Shown here in pieces: positions 29,971-39,344 of a stretch of 64,000 bases of DNA (position 1 is the first letter of the stretch; the number at the start of each line of letters is the position of its first letter). Source of the stretch: a virus. The notes below the pieces were generated by a model that had not been told where the DNA came from, searched no databases, and saw only the letters and a list, made by a program, of their open reading frames with translations. Made by a program: the position numbers and the translations under genes. The stretch is from IMG/VR virus record IMGVR_UViG_3300028030_000010, positions 12,441 to 76,440 of that record; one strand, 5' to 3'.

Positions 29971-31685
29971 TGGGCAACATTAACATACAAAAACTAGACC
30001 CAGGTAGACCTATAAATATAGTTACAAGAAGCGAATCAGTTTCAAAGAGAGGAATTCAGGTTGTATCTCCTATAGATGGACAAAAGAAAATTATAGATTT
30101 TGGTTTAGACTTAAAAGAGTTAAATTTAACAGTTTATACAAATCAAATAGAAACTTTTAAAGAAAAAAACTTTTTACAACTTTTCAGTGATGATTTTATT
30201 GGGGAAATAAAAACTGAAAACATTACAATTTCAGAATACTCATCTTTACCATATGCTATTGTAAATATAAATGCTATAGGAGAAGATTCTAGCAATACTT
30301 ACCCAAGCAATTATGCGAAAAATATAATAGCTATCACTGGATTAGATAATTTCTACAACATAACATATAGCACTACTCATATAGAAAACATAGGAACATC
30401 TATATCAATCGCTGTATCAACAAAAGAAGGACAAGTTAATTTACCTATTGCTTTTAATTTTGGAAGTAAAAATATCAAATGGGGAGATTCTAAATTTAAA
30501 CTTATAGGAGTAGGGAAAAACCTAACAAGAACAACTTCATCATATACATATTCTTTTACTGATCCATTAAACATTATTTTACAGAAAACCGTTATTATTA
30601 GTAATATATCCCGACAAAATTCTCAATTTATGAACATTGTTCAAAGTAGCGATAAAGTAACTTTTTTTTCAAAAGAAAAATTTCAGGAGCTCGTATTAAA
30701 CACCTTAGTAAAAGGGAAAATAGGTGAATTTTTAAATAACTTAATTTCAGATACTTCTATAACTCTAAACTCAAATAGAGAAACTCTATCTCCTATTGTT
30801 AGGATTTTACAAAACCATGCTTCTGATTTTTCTGGTAGCTTTGCCAATATGTTTTATCAAAATATTGCAGAACCTTTATTGAGAGGCGGGATATTTTCAG
30901 TTGGAAGCATAATGGCTCAGTTGTTGCCAATCTTTGGCCTTGAACTTTATTACAATGATGGAATATATTCACTTGAACCTCCTCGTTTCTTATTTAAAGA
31001 TAGCTACACAAATGCCGGAATTGTTTTAAAAGAAAGTGATGTTATAAGTATTACCGTAGAACAACCAAAAATAAACATACCTTCTATAATTATTCCAAGA
31101 ATAGATTTTGAAAACATGGCTTTAGCTAAATATGCTTCTAAATGTTCAGAAGCATTTGCTACTTTAATTTTAAAAGAACTCTCATCAATACAAGAGTTGC
31201 CATTATTTAAAATCAAAACATACGACATTCCAAATATATTGGTGCCTCATAGCTTTCAAAGCAACACTCAAGCACTTTTTGATAGAGTTAATGAAAATTT
31301 TAGAGAAGTATGGAAATACTACTCGGCTTTCGCTTTTAAAAGCGCATTTAATGAAATGAACATAGGCACCATTGAATTAGTATTTAACCCTCAAATTACA
31401 GAGCCTTTTAAATGGTATAATATAGCAGGCAAAGACTATTTTGTTACTTCTATAAATCATTCCATAACAAGAAACAATGCTTTAACTACACTAGGGTTTG
31501 GGGGGATATATGATGAAAAATTATATAATTTACTAGATGATGTTATTAGCAAAATCGTTAATAATAGCAAAAACTGTGGTGATTTATTAAAAGAACAATT
31601 AGCTAAAAAAAATGTCTCAACTCCTCTAAATACAAAGAAAAAAGATCCTGAACAAATAAAACTTGATGAAGAAGTGGAGCCATGA
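29970..31685 (+). CDS. Putative baseplate hub (gp27/gpD-like)
   Basis: C-terminal GTIELVFNPQI...YFVTSINHSITRN...TTL pattern; follows the tape measure. Confidence 0.5.
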   Translation: MGNINIQKLDPGRPINIVTRSESVSKRGIQVVSPIDGQKKIIDFGLDLKELNLTVYTNQIETFKEKNFLQLFSDDFIGEIKTENITISEYSSLPYAIVNINAIGEDSSNTYPSNYAKNIIAITGLDNFYNITYSTTHIENIGTSISIAVSTKEGQVNLPIAFNFGSKNIKWGDSKFKLIGVGKNLTRTTSSYTYSFTDPLNIILQKTVIISNISRQNSQFMNIVQSSDKVTFFSKEKFQELVLNTLVKGKIGEFLNNLISDTSITLNSNRETLSPIVRILQNHASDFSGSFANMFYQNIAEPLLRGGIFSVGSIMAQLLPIFGLELYYNDGIYSLEPPRFLFKDSYTNAGIVLKESDVISITVEQPKINIPSIIIPRIDFENMALAKYASKCSEAFATLILKELSSIQELPLFKIKTYDIPNILVPHSFQSNTQALFDRVNENFREVWKYYSAFAFKSAFNEMNIGTIELVFNPQITEPFKWYNIAGKDYFVTSINHSITRNNALTTLGFGGIYDEKLYNLLDDVISKIVNNSKNCGDLLKEQLAKKNVSTPLNTKKKDPEQIKLDEEVEP

Positions 31686-32479
31686 TTTTTTTAGATTGCA
31701 ATAAAACAGTACAAGTTGGGATTGATAAATCTTTTTGGGTAGATGCAAGCAATGAGTCTAATATTGATGTGTTTTTATATTATGTAGATATGGAATTTTC
31801 TTTATTAGAGGAAATGAAAGTAGATATTCAGTATCTTGAAAATAATTTATGGAAAGGCACAATTCCTTCCCCCACTTCCAAAGGGTTTGTAATAGGTAAA
31901 GTTATTACGGATGGCAAAAATTCATTTTTTGTTGTAAATTATGATATGTATGGTAGTTTTATATACCAATCAGCAGGATTGAAAGAGGGGTTAAAGTTAG
32001 AATGGCTTCAATTAGGTGAAAAAGCGCAAGTGATTGATTATGGAAATCTGAAAGAAATAGGGATGGGGTTTTATGGAGGAACATTAAATAATAAAATTCC
32101 TAGTATAGTTTGTATAGATGATATATGTAATGTATTTAGAGTTAAAGAAATAGTGGATTGTTCTGATGCTCAAACAGAAGAAGAGTTGAAAGAATGTTTA
32201 AAACAAAATGAAGAATTATTGCAAAAATATTTGCTTTTAGAAAAAGAATTAGAAAAATGCAATCAAAATAAAACTATTGTAGCAGGACAACCTATAATAC
32301 ATGGCGCAAATATAGCTAGTTCAACTGAAATAAAACATGTAAATACCCAACAAACAAAAGAAATTCCTCAACCTTCTCCAAGAGTAGTTACACATATAAA
32401 AACTTCCCTTAAAACCTCAATAGAAACTTCAAGCACTACTAATATCTCTAATAGCCAAGTTAAAACAACTTTGAAATAA
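31682..32479 (+). CDS. Hypothetical structural protein with a short coiled coil and S/T-rich tail
   Basis: ATGA overlap; LKEIGMGFY motif. Confidence 0.55.
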   Translation: MIFLDCNKTVQVGIDKSFWVDASNESNIDVFLYYVDMEFSLLEEMKVDIQYLENNLWKGTIPSPTSKGFVIGKVITDGKNSFFVVNYDMYGSFIYQSAGLKEGLKLEWLQLGEKAQVIDYGNLKEIGMGFYGGTLNNKIPSIVCIDDICNVFRVKEIVDCSDAQTEEELKECLKQNEELLQKYLLLEKELEKCNQNKTIVAGQPIIHGANIASSTEIKHVNTQQTKEIPQPSPRVVTHIKTSLKTSIETSSTTNISNSQVKTTLK

Positions 32480-32489
32480 AACTTATAAT

Positions 32490-32500
32490 TGTGTTATATA
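32490..32500 (+). promoter_or_regulatory. TGTGTTATATA motif, copy 1
   Basis: Identical 11-mer at 57865 and 60653, all intergenic. Confidence 0.5.
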
Positions 32501-32504
32501 TTTA

Positions 32505-32683
32505 AGTAGTTGAGTCGCCAAGGAGGGCTTCTGCCCTAAAAAATAAAAGGTTTTTTATGAGAATTGTTATTTTTTTATTAAAATTTTTACCCCTCTTTGC
32601 AGGGGAGGCGGCTCAACTGCTAATCATAAAGGCGATTAGGATTATAAGCGCAATTAAGCGCTCTTGATCGCTTTTCTTTTTTT
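32505..32683 (+). ncRNA. Structured RNA of about 180 nt (multi-way junction plus terminator-like hairpin); possible type I toxin mRNA
   Basis: 15-bp stem 32505-19/32607-21; hairpins 32524-37 and 32590-605; 14-bp hairpin 32628-41/32662-75 followed by a U tract. All non-canonical pairs are G-U on the plus strand. Confidence 0.6.
32557..32667 (+). CDS. Unlisted 36-aa hydrophobic/basic peptide MRIVIFLLKFLPLFAGEAAQLLIIKAIRIISAIKRS
   Basis: AAAAGG RBS 6 nt before the ATG; lies inside the structured RNA. Confidence 0.45.
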   Translation: MRIVIFLLKFLPLFAGEAAQLLIIKAIRIISAIKRS

Positions 32684-32729
32684 AGATTATATTTATACAT
32701 AAGGAGAAAAAGAGGAGGGTGTCAAGAAA

Positions 32730-33392
32730 TTATTGTCCTTCTTGATCTTTTTTATTTTTTGCGTAAAGATATGCTCCTGCTCCTACAGGAATTCCATAAG
32801 CAACACCAGATGCTGCAACGCCTTTTCCTAATTGTTTCCAATCTACATTAAGTTTATCACCTTCTTTTTTAAATGCTCCTCTGATGCCTCTTAACATGTA
32901 AGCATCTTTTGTCCCTTGCCAACCTTTGCTTAAAATTTCTTTAATTTTATTAGCTGCCTCAGCTCCTTCTTTTGCAGCTTCTTCTTTTGCTCCAGCTTCT
33001 TTTGCTAGTTCAGGATATGCTGATGCGAAAATATAATCAACATCTTGTTGATCAAATCCTAAAGCTTCTCCAATTCCATAAACTTGTTCTGGTTCTAATG
33101 CTCCAGCTGCAAATAAATCAACCGCTGCTGCAACTTTTACAAGTGGTAAAGTGTTTTCATCAGTAACCACAGAAGCTAATTTTTGAAGCTCATCCTCAGC
33201 CGCTTCTTTCTCTAAATCAGCAGCTCCAAAAAGATTTGCTCCTAAAACAATTTCATCTGGATGAATGCCTTGCTCAGCTGCAAACGCAATTACTTCTTCA
33301 GGGTTGTATCCTTCATTAATAGCCTCAATTGCTGCTGCAATTTTTTCTAATCTTGAGCTTTCTTGTGAAGCTAATTTAGTTAAAACGTTCAT
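32730..33392 (-). CDS. Ala/Glu-rich protein with six LxKxA motifs and a C-terminal Gly-rich hydrophobic segment; candidate internal or ejection protein
   Basis: LTKLAS, LEKIAA, LEKEAA, LQKLAS, LVKVAA, LAKEAG; GVAASGVAYGIPVGAGAYLY. Confidence 0.55.
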   Translation of the reverse strand: MNVLTKLASQESSRLEKIAAAIEAINEGYNPEEVIAFAAEQGIHPDEIVLGANLFGAADLEKEAAEDELQKLASVVTDENTLPLVKVAAAVDLFAAGALEPEQVYGIGEALGFDQQDVDYIFASAYPELAKEAGAKEEAAKEGAEAANKIKEILSKGWQGTKDAYMLRGIRGAFKKEGDKLNVDWKQLGKGVAASGVAYGIPVGAGAYLYAKNKKDQEGQ

Positions 33393-33454
33393 GTTCTTTC
33401 CTTTTTATAGGTTTTTTGTTTCACAATAAATTGTAGCATATAATTTTTCTTTTA

Positions 33455-34468
33455 TCAAGTTTTTTCTTTTTTGCTTAATAATTTTTCTAATGCTTTACCC
33501 ATTCCATAACCAATCAATCCTCCCCATAGAGCCTTACCGGCCATATGCCCTATTAATTGTTTATCAAAAAGTTTTTTATTAGCACCTCTTATTATATCTA
33601 TATTGTCACTATCATAGTGATTTTTTAGTTTGCCTGCTATATTAGGTAATAAATAATGTTTTAGCTTTGTAGTTAATTTTGTTCCTTTAAAATTATGAAG
33701 CCTATCAGCTTTTACAGCTTCTTTATACTCATCATCAAGAAGTTGCAGTATCTTGTCACCACCCAGTCTACCTATGCCTCTATAAATAATTGGCTCTGTA
33801 GCACTTGAAATAGCCATAGTAGCTGCTAATTGGGTAGATGGGTCCATAATGTGTTTTTTCTTTAATTCATCTTCCAATTCTTCTCCCACTCCTGTTTGAA
33901 CAGCACCCAAAACTCCACCACTTATTGCACCTCTAATAATTCTTTTAGGCCCTCCTAAAAGCCCCATTGCAGCTCCAATAACTCCTCCATTTACTCCGCC
34001 TAACAAACTATCTTTAAAAACACTTTTCTTTTTTTTCTCTTCGTGTTTTATAGGGTTTATTTCTATACCCGCCTCCTCCATTATTTTTTGTTTAGCATCT
34101 TCAGAAAGGGCTGCACTTTTTGCTAAAACACTTTCTTCTTTTGCGAATTTGCCATCTAATTTTTTATTTATCAAAAATCTTCTGGCTCTTCTCGCTTTCT
34201 CCACATTTCTTTTATTGTTTAAATAACCTATTACTCCGCCTATTGTACTTCCTATACCATAATATCCTATTACACCCTTAGGAGATAGCCTACCTCCTTT
34301 AAAAGATTCGTGAATAGTTTTTGGAATTCCTATAGCTAAAGCACCTTTCCATGCGCCATCGGCAATTGGCTCTATACTATGTTCAGTGTAAGGATATAAG
34401 GCATTTGCTTTTGCTTCTTCTTCTAAAAGATATTCTTTTATTTGCTCATCTCTCGTTTTTTTTGACAT
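33455..34468 (-). CDS. Glycine-zipper protein; candidate ejection or internal protein
   Basis: GSTIGGVIG, GGVNGGVIGAAMG, GAISGGVLG, GGLIGYGMG; LAKSAA site. Confidence 0.55.
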   Translation of the reverse strand: MSKKTRDEQIKEYLLEEEAKANALYPYTEHSIEPIADGAWKGALAIGIPKTIHESFKGGRLSPKGVIGYYGIGSTIGGVIGYLNNKRNVEKARRARRFLINKKLDGKFAKEESVLAKSAALSEDAKQKIMEEAGIEINPIKHEEKKKKSVFKDSLLGGVNGGVIGAAMGLLGGPKRIIRGAISGGVLGAVQTGVGEELEDELKKKHIMDPSTQLAATMAISSATEPIIYRGIGRLGGDKILQLLDDEYKEAVKADRLHNFKGTKLTTKLKHYLLPNIAGKLKNHYDSDNIDIIRGANKKLFDKQLIGHMAGKALWGGLIGYGMGKALEKLLSKKEKT

Positions 34469-34471
34469 TTA

Positions 34472-34912
34472 TTACCTTTTGCTTATGGCATTTCCTGTAG
34501 TTAAATAAGACACATTATCGCCGCTTACACCTTTGTTTATGTCTGCAATAATTTTTGCAGTTGCTAAATCAAAGTTCCCTCCATATTGGTATATTTGATA
34601 TAAAGCGTCAGCTGCTAGCTCTTGATTTGAAGCGATTTTAGGAGAAAGAGTATATAAAGCCATTAACCATTGTTTTAGTTTACTTTCACCTACATCTTGT
34701 AATTCAGGATGTTTTTTAATCGCATATCTCATTATAGTAGGAATTTTAGCTTTATACATTTGCGCACCAGCTAAATCAATAGCTTTATCTGCTAACAATA
34801 CTCCTGTAGTAGCAATACCTATGCTACCAGCTAATCTAGCCGCATCTTTAATCACACTTTCTTCTTTAGGAGTTCCGCTAGCTTCTTTTACAAGATGTAA
34901 TAGTCCAGCCAT
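34472..34912 (-). CDS. Hypothetical protein; candidate internal protein
   Basis: LVKEAS near the N-terminus followed by a hydrophobic segment. Confidence 0.6.
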   Translation of the reverse strand: MAGLLHLVKEASGTPKEESVIKDAARLAGSIGIATTGVLLADKAIDLAGAQMYKAKIPTIMRYAIKKHPELQDVGESKLKQWLMALYTLSPKIASNQELAADALYQIYQYGGNFDLATAKIIADINKGVSGDNVSYLTTGNAISKR

Positions 34913-34982
34913 AGTAAATCCTTTTTTTTATTAATGATACCATAAAAAAACAATAAAAAAAAGAAAGAAAAAAGAAGAAAAA

Positions 34983-36005
34983 TTAAAGAGCTGAAGAATC
35001 GCTGCTAGAATCTGAGTTGTTAGAAGTAGTTGTTGTATCTTCTCCGTTAAGAGCTTTTACGAAAACATTAACGATTACATCAATTTCTAAATCTTCAGCT
35101 TTTAATGTGTTAGCATCAGTATAAGCTTTTGCTTGAGCTAGCACTTGCTCGTCAGCTGCTTGTCTATCAGAAATTTCTTTTGCAATTTTAGCTTCGTTAT
35201 CTGATACTCTACTAATTAAACCTTTTTGAAGCTCTCCATTTTCGTCAGTTGTATCGTTTAATACATTTTCAATGTCTTCAACTTTTGCTTTTAGATCTTG
35301 AACAGTTTGATCTGAAGCAACATCTAAATTATCAATAGCTTCTTTTACTTTTTGGTCAGTATAAGTTTTAGCTTGTTCTACAGCTTCAGATACAGCTTCA
35401 GTTTTTGCTGTTTCGATAGCTTTAGATAAAGCAGATTCTGCAGCTTTAGCTCTATCAGCTTCTTGTTTTACAAGATTAGCAACAGAACCTTCAACAGTTT
35501 CATCGCCAGTTAAAACATTTACAGTTTGCTCAACTGAACTAATTTTTTCTTCAAGACCAGCAACTTCTTCATTTACTTTTTTGTTTAAATCAGATACGCT
35601 AGTTTTTAAAGAAGCAATGTCTGTTTCGTTAGTAGTTACTCTTGTTTTAAGAGCTTCAATCGCATCGCTGATTAATTTGAATTTATTGTCTACATTGCTT
35701 TGTAAATCAGTAACAGCTTGTTCATTTTTAGTTAATCTATCAAGAATTTCTTGTACAACACCTTCTTCTGAATTTAGAAGATCTTGGATAGCATTAATTT
35801 TTTCAGCTAAACTTTCTACACCGTCATTTTCATCAATTTTTGTGATCGCATCAATTTTTGCTAAAACTTCATTAATTCTAGCTTGAACATCAGCTTCTTT
35901 TGCAAAACCTTGAGACTGGATGTATTCTCTTACAGATTTACCTTGCGCTGCAGCTAATTGTTCTAAAGCTTTTTGTAGTTGCTCTGTAGTTACGTTTTGT
36001 GCCAT
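34983..36005 (-). CDS. Long coiled-coil fibre or whisker-like protein
   Basis: Heptad pattern; EADRAKAAE, AKTYTD, EISDRQAAD and AKAYTD repeats typical of phage fibres. Confidence 0.6.
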   Translation of the reverse strand: MAQNVTTEQLQKALEQLAAAQGKSVREYIQSQGFAKEADVQARINEVLAKIDAITKIDENDGVESLAEKINAIQDLLNSEEGVVQEILDRLTKNEQAVTDLQSNVDNKFKLISDAIEALKTRVTTNETDIASLKTSVSDLNKKVNEEVAGLEEKISSVEQTVNVLTGDETVEGSVANLVKQEADRAKAAESALSKAIETAKTEAVSEAVEQAKTYTDQKVKEAIDNLDVASDQTVQDLKAKVEDIENVLNDTTDENGELQKGLISRVSDNEAKIAKEISDRQAADEQVLAQAKAYTDANTLKAEDLEIDVIVNVFVKALNGEDTTTTSNNSDSSSDSSAL

Positions 36006-36091
36006 GATTGCCCCTTTTTTTTGGATTTTTAAAGCCTTGCGGCAATCAAATTATATTATTTTTTAATAAAAAAACAAAAAAAAACAAAAAA

Positions 36092-37111
36092 TCACTTAAT
36101 TTTGTTAGCTTTAACTTTTAATTCAAAAATTGTACCTTGATTGTTTGTTTTTATAAGCCTTATATTCCCTCCAGAAGTTTTTAAGATAGATAAATTAATA
36201 TATAAACCATTTCCTCTAATATCAAGCACCTTTGTTTTTGTGGAAATGTTAGGAATGAAAATTTTCGGTATAAACTCTTTCGGAATACCTGTTCCATTAT
36301 CAGAAATAAACATATACACATATGGGTCGCTATATCTAATAAATTTAGCTTCTATCAAGGTTGAATTGGCTTCTAAAGAATTTTTTATATGATTAATTAA
36401 TATGTTTAAAAAGTCAGCGTTCGATATGCAATTTTTACAGTCTAAGTTGTATTCTTTAAACTTAACATCTATGTTCCATTTAAAATCTTTATGGGAAATT
36501 GTCATTATTTTAAACGCAGTCTCTATAACATCATAGAGTGTTTTGTTGCCATTTGAATACTTAATCGATTTAAAACCTTTCATTTTGTTTAAAATATTGC
36601 TTATTTGTTCTATTGATGATTCCACATAAGTAAAATCTTCTCTAATATCATATAATCTTCTTAAACATGGGTTTTTATCAGGATCTGGACATTCTACTCG
36701 TCTCTGTATATCTTTTATCATTAAATCTATAAAATTCATAATTTTATACATTTTGAAAGTAATAACTTCTAAGGGAGTGCTTAGTTCGTGAGAAATGTTT
36801 TCTGTTATATTCATCAATGATTTATTTGCAGAAATGGAACTAAGATTTAAAACATTTAATAAATATTTTTTTCTATAATTAATATAATCGATTAACAAAT
36901 TACTCACAAAAACAATTAGAAAAACAATTACTACTATGTAAAAATATGAATTGGAAGCCGACTTCCAGTCATAATGCATAAAAAAATCTAATTTTAAATG
37001 TTTGTTTTGTTGTAAAATATCATTAGATACAAGAATTAAAAATACAATTGCAGAAAAAAACACTGAAACAAATAATTTTAAAATAGCATCTTTAATTATT
37101 TCTTTAATCAT
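36092..37111 (-). CDS. Membrane sensor histidine kinase (HisKA + HATPase_c)
   Basis: Two TM helices; H-box ISHELSTPL, N-box INHIKNSLEA, G1 ISDNGTGIP, F-box IFIPNISTK, G2 GNGLYI, then GTIFEL. Confidence 0.93.
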   Translation of the reverse strand: MIKEIIKDAILKLFVSVFFSAIVFLILVSNDILQQNKHLKLDFFMHYDWKSASNSYFYIVVIVFLIVFVSNLLIDYINYRKKYLLNVLNLSSISANKSLMNITENISHELSTPLEVITFKMYKIMNFIDLMIKDIQRRVECPDPDKNPCLRRLYDIREDFTYVESSIEQISNILNKMKGFKSIKYSNGNKTLYDVIETAFKIMTISHKDFKWNIDVKFKEYNLDCKNCISNADFLNILINHIKNSLEANSTLIEAKFIRYSDPYVYMFISDNGTGIPKEFIPKIFIPNISTKTKVLDIRGNGLYINLSILKTSGGNIRLIKTNNQGTIFELKVKANKIK

Positions 37112-37824
37112 TGCTCTTCTTTCTTATTGCTTAAAATATTAGAAATAATTTCTATTAACTGAGAAGGCGGATATTGATTTTTAAAAATTGTATACTTAAA
37201 AATATCCTCTCCTGTTATTTCTTTAAAAGATTCAATTATTTTTTTTGAACTATAAACATAAGGATTTAAGTTGTTTCCTGTGTAGAAGAAAAATTTTAAG
37301 TCAGGGTTATGTTTGTATATTTCCTTAAACACCATAATGCCTTCATATTTAACATTTCCTTTTTCTGGATGAAACATTACTCCGCCATAAGTTATATCTA
37401 TAACAGCATAATCTATCTTTATTTTTCCAAAGCGTTTTTCTAAAATTTTAAAAATAAATCCCGCATAACTAGAATATATTTTTAACACATTTATTTTGTT
37501 TTCTAACCCATGAATTTCAATTATATCTTCAATAAGAGAAATTAAGCCTATATTATCATCTATAATAAGTAAAATTGGTTTATCATTTTTAAGCATTTTT
37601 TCATACTCTGCTATTATTTTATCTACTTCCTTTTTTATAGAATCTGGAAGTTGTCTAATGATGTCATCTTCTGACATTTTTTCAAAAATTTTTTCACAAG
37701 AAGCAATTTCTTTTTTGGAAATATTTTTTATATCCTCATCGTAAGTCGAACGACAAATTTGTTGCAAAGAACTCCACTTGAGTAGTTTTTTTAAAAAGTT
37801 TCTTATTTTTTCTAAAACATCCAT
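37108..37824 (-). CDS. Response-regulator receiver protein with an N-terminal extension and no output domain
   Basis: LLIIDDN, AVIDITY (phosphoacceptor Asp), FYTG, IFKN; ATGA-coupled to the kinase. Confidence 0.75.
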   Translation of the reverse strand: MDVLEKIRNFLKKLLKWSSLQQICRSTYDEDIKNISKKEIASCEKIFEKMSEDDIIRQLPDSIKKEVDKIIAEYEKMLKNDKPILLIIDDNIGLISLIEDIIEIHGLENKINVLKIYSSYAGFIFKILEKRFGKIKIDYAVIDITYGGVMFHPEKGNVKYEGIMVFKEIYKHNPDLKFFFYTGNNLNPYVYSSKKIIESFKEITGEDIFKYTIFKNQYPPSQLIEIISNILSNKKEEQ

Positions 37825-37835
37825 TTCAATTCCTT

Positions 37836-38300
37836 TTATTTTAATATTAATCCTAATTTAGGTAAGATATTTTCAAAAAAATCTTTACATTGATCGGGAA
37901 ATATTAGATATAGCACAAAAATGCCAAATACAATCCCTAAAGGAATAACTAATTTACTGAGAATTAATTGTTTTACTGTATTTAAGGCGCTTTTTATTCT
38001 TGTTGAAGTAGATATTTTTTTATTATTTACTTCTTCTATCTTATCTAAAGTAGCTATCTTATAATGCAGCCACAAATCTATTGCTTCATGAAGTACATTT
38101 TTGATGTTCTTATTATCTCTCATCATATAATCATGCATAATAACAACAAATTCTACTAATTCTTTCTCTTCTGGATATTTGCTAGTAATATCAACAATTT
38201 TTTTATACATTTCACTTAAATCAGGATCTGAATTTTGTAATTCTTTTTTTAAATCATTAACCAGTTTTTCAAGTCTATCTCTCATTTCTTTACAAGTCAT
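37836..38300 (-). CDS. Helical protein with a C-terminal TM segment
   Basis: LVIPLGIVFGIFVLYLIF; lies between the holin and the receiver gene. Confidence 0.65.
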   Translation of the reverse strand: MTCKEMRDRLEKLVNDLKKELQNSDPDLSEMYKKIVDITSKYPEEKELVEFVVIMHDYMMRDNKNIKNVLHEAIDLWLHYKIATLDKIEEVNNKKISTSTRIKSALNTVKQLILSKLVIPLGIVFGIFVLYLIFPDQCKDFFENILPKLGLILK

Positions 38301-38313
38301 TTGTTATCCTTTA

Positions 38314-38724
38314 CTAAGAAGATTTACCCTTCAATTCTTTTGCTATTTTCTCTGCACTTCTTCCTACCACATAACCACCTATACCTATTTTAAGCAAATC
38401 CCACATTTGATCTGTTAACTCTAATGTAGGCACATGTAAACCAAATGCCTGAGCATATGGAACTATTATATAATTATTAGCAATGATAGTTACAAAAGTA
38501 AGCATTGTAATTGGTCTCCATGTAGAAGTTAGCCAATGTTCACTTTTAGCTTCAGCTTCTACAATTTTTGCCTGCATTTGAAAAGTAGTTTTTTCTAATT
38601 CGCTTATTTTAGATAATAATTCTAACTTTTTATTGGGGTCATCGATAGCTTTTCCTGTAATAGCTTCTCTTATGTCTTTAAATAAATTACCTACATCACT
38701 TAAATTAAAATCAACCAATCCCAT
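38314..38724 (-). CDS. Holin (GTA 3TM holin family)
   Basis: EAKSEHWLTSTWRP...GIGGYVVGRSAEK signature; adjacent to the endolysin. Confidence 0.85.
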   Translation of the reverse strand: MGLVDFNLSDVGNLFKDIREAITGKAIDDPNKKLELLSKISELEKTTFQMQAKIVEAEAKSEHWLTSTWRPITMLTFVTIIANNYIIVPYAQAFGLHVPTLELTDQMWDLLKIGIGGYVVGRSAEKIAKELKGKSS

Positions 38725-38738
38725 TTATTGTTCCTTTT

Positions 38739-38754
38739 TGGTAAGATTATATCA
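38739..38754. promoter_or_regulatory. Divergent holin/endolysin promoter region
   Basis: Minus-strand TGATATAAT at 38754-38746; weaker plus-strand TGGTAAGAT; AAGGA RBS on both sides. Confidence 0.5.
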
Positions 38755-38774
38755 AAAAAACAAAAGGACAAACA

Positions 38775-39344
38775 ATGAATGAAAAATTTTTAAATGCGTA
38801 TAAAAACTTAATTGGTGCTGAAGGCGGTTATGTGGATAGACCTGAAGATGCAGGAGGAGAAACTTATAAAGGTATATCTAGAAAGTTTCATCCTGATTGG
38901 GAAGGCTGGACAATTATAGATAAATACAAAGATAAACCAGATTTTAAAAGCAAAATAAAAAAAGATAAAGAATTGGAAAAACTGGTGCAAAAATTTTATT
39001 ATGAAAATTACTGGGAAAAATTTAATGGCGACAAACTTCCTTATTTAATCGCTGAAGAACTGCTAGAACAAAGCGTAGTTTTAGGGACATGGAAAACAGC
39101 TGGAAAAAATCTTCAGAAAGCTCTTAACTTATTAAATTTAAACAATAAATTATTCTCAGATCTAATTGAAGATGGAATTGTAGGGCCTAAAACATTAGCA
39201 GCAGTAAATAAAGTAAATCAAAGAAGATTGTTGACTGTATTAAATGGATTAGAATTTTGTAGGTTTAAAGAAAGCATGGAAAAAAGACCTATAAATGAAA
39301 TATTTAGGGGATGGTTTGATAGGGTAAACTTTATTCTAAAATAA
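38775..39344 (+). CDS. Endolysin, glycoside hydrolase family 108 with peptidoglycan-binding domain
   Basis: EGGYVD..D.GGETYKGIS; LQKALN...DGIVGPKTL; FRGWFDRV. Confidence 0.93.
   Translation: MNEKFLNAYKNLIGAEGGYVDRPEDAGGETYKGISRKFHPDWEGWTIIDKYKDKPDFKSKIKKDKELEKLVQKFYYENYWEKFNGDKLPYLIAEELLEQSVVLGTWKTAGKNLQKALNLLNLNNKLFSDLIEDGIVGPKTLAAVNKVNQRRLLTVLNGLEFCRFKESMEKRPINEIFRGWFDRVNFILK

Noticed and set aside
18348-32479. Tailocin, eCIS or T6SS locus
   Set aside because: Portal, prohead protease, neck genes and a replication initiator indicate a complete phage.
37836-38300. Spanin
   Set aside because: The TM segment is C-terminal rather than N-terminal, and no lipoprotein partner with a lipobox was seen.
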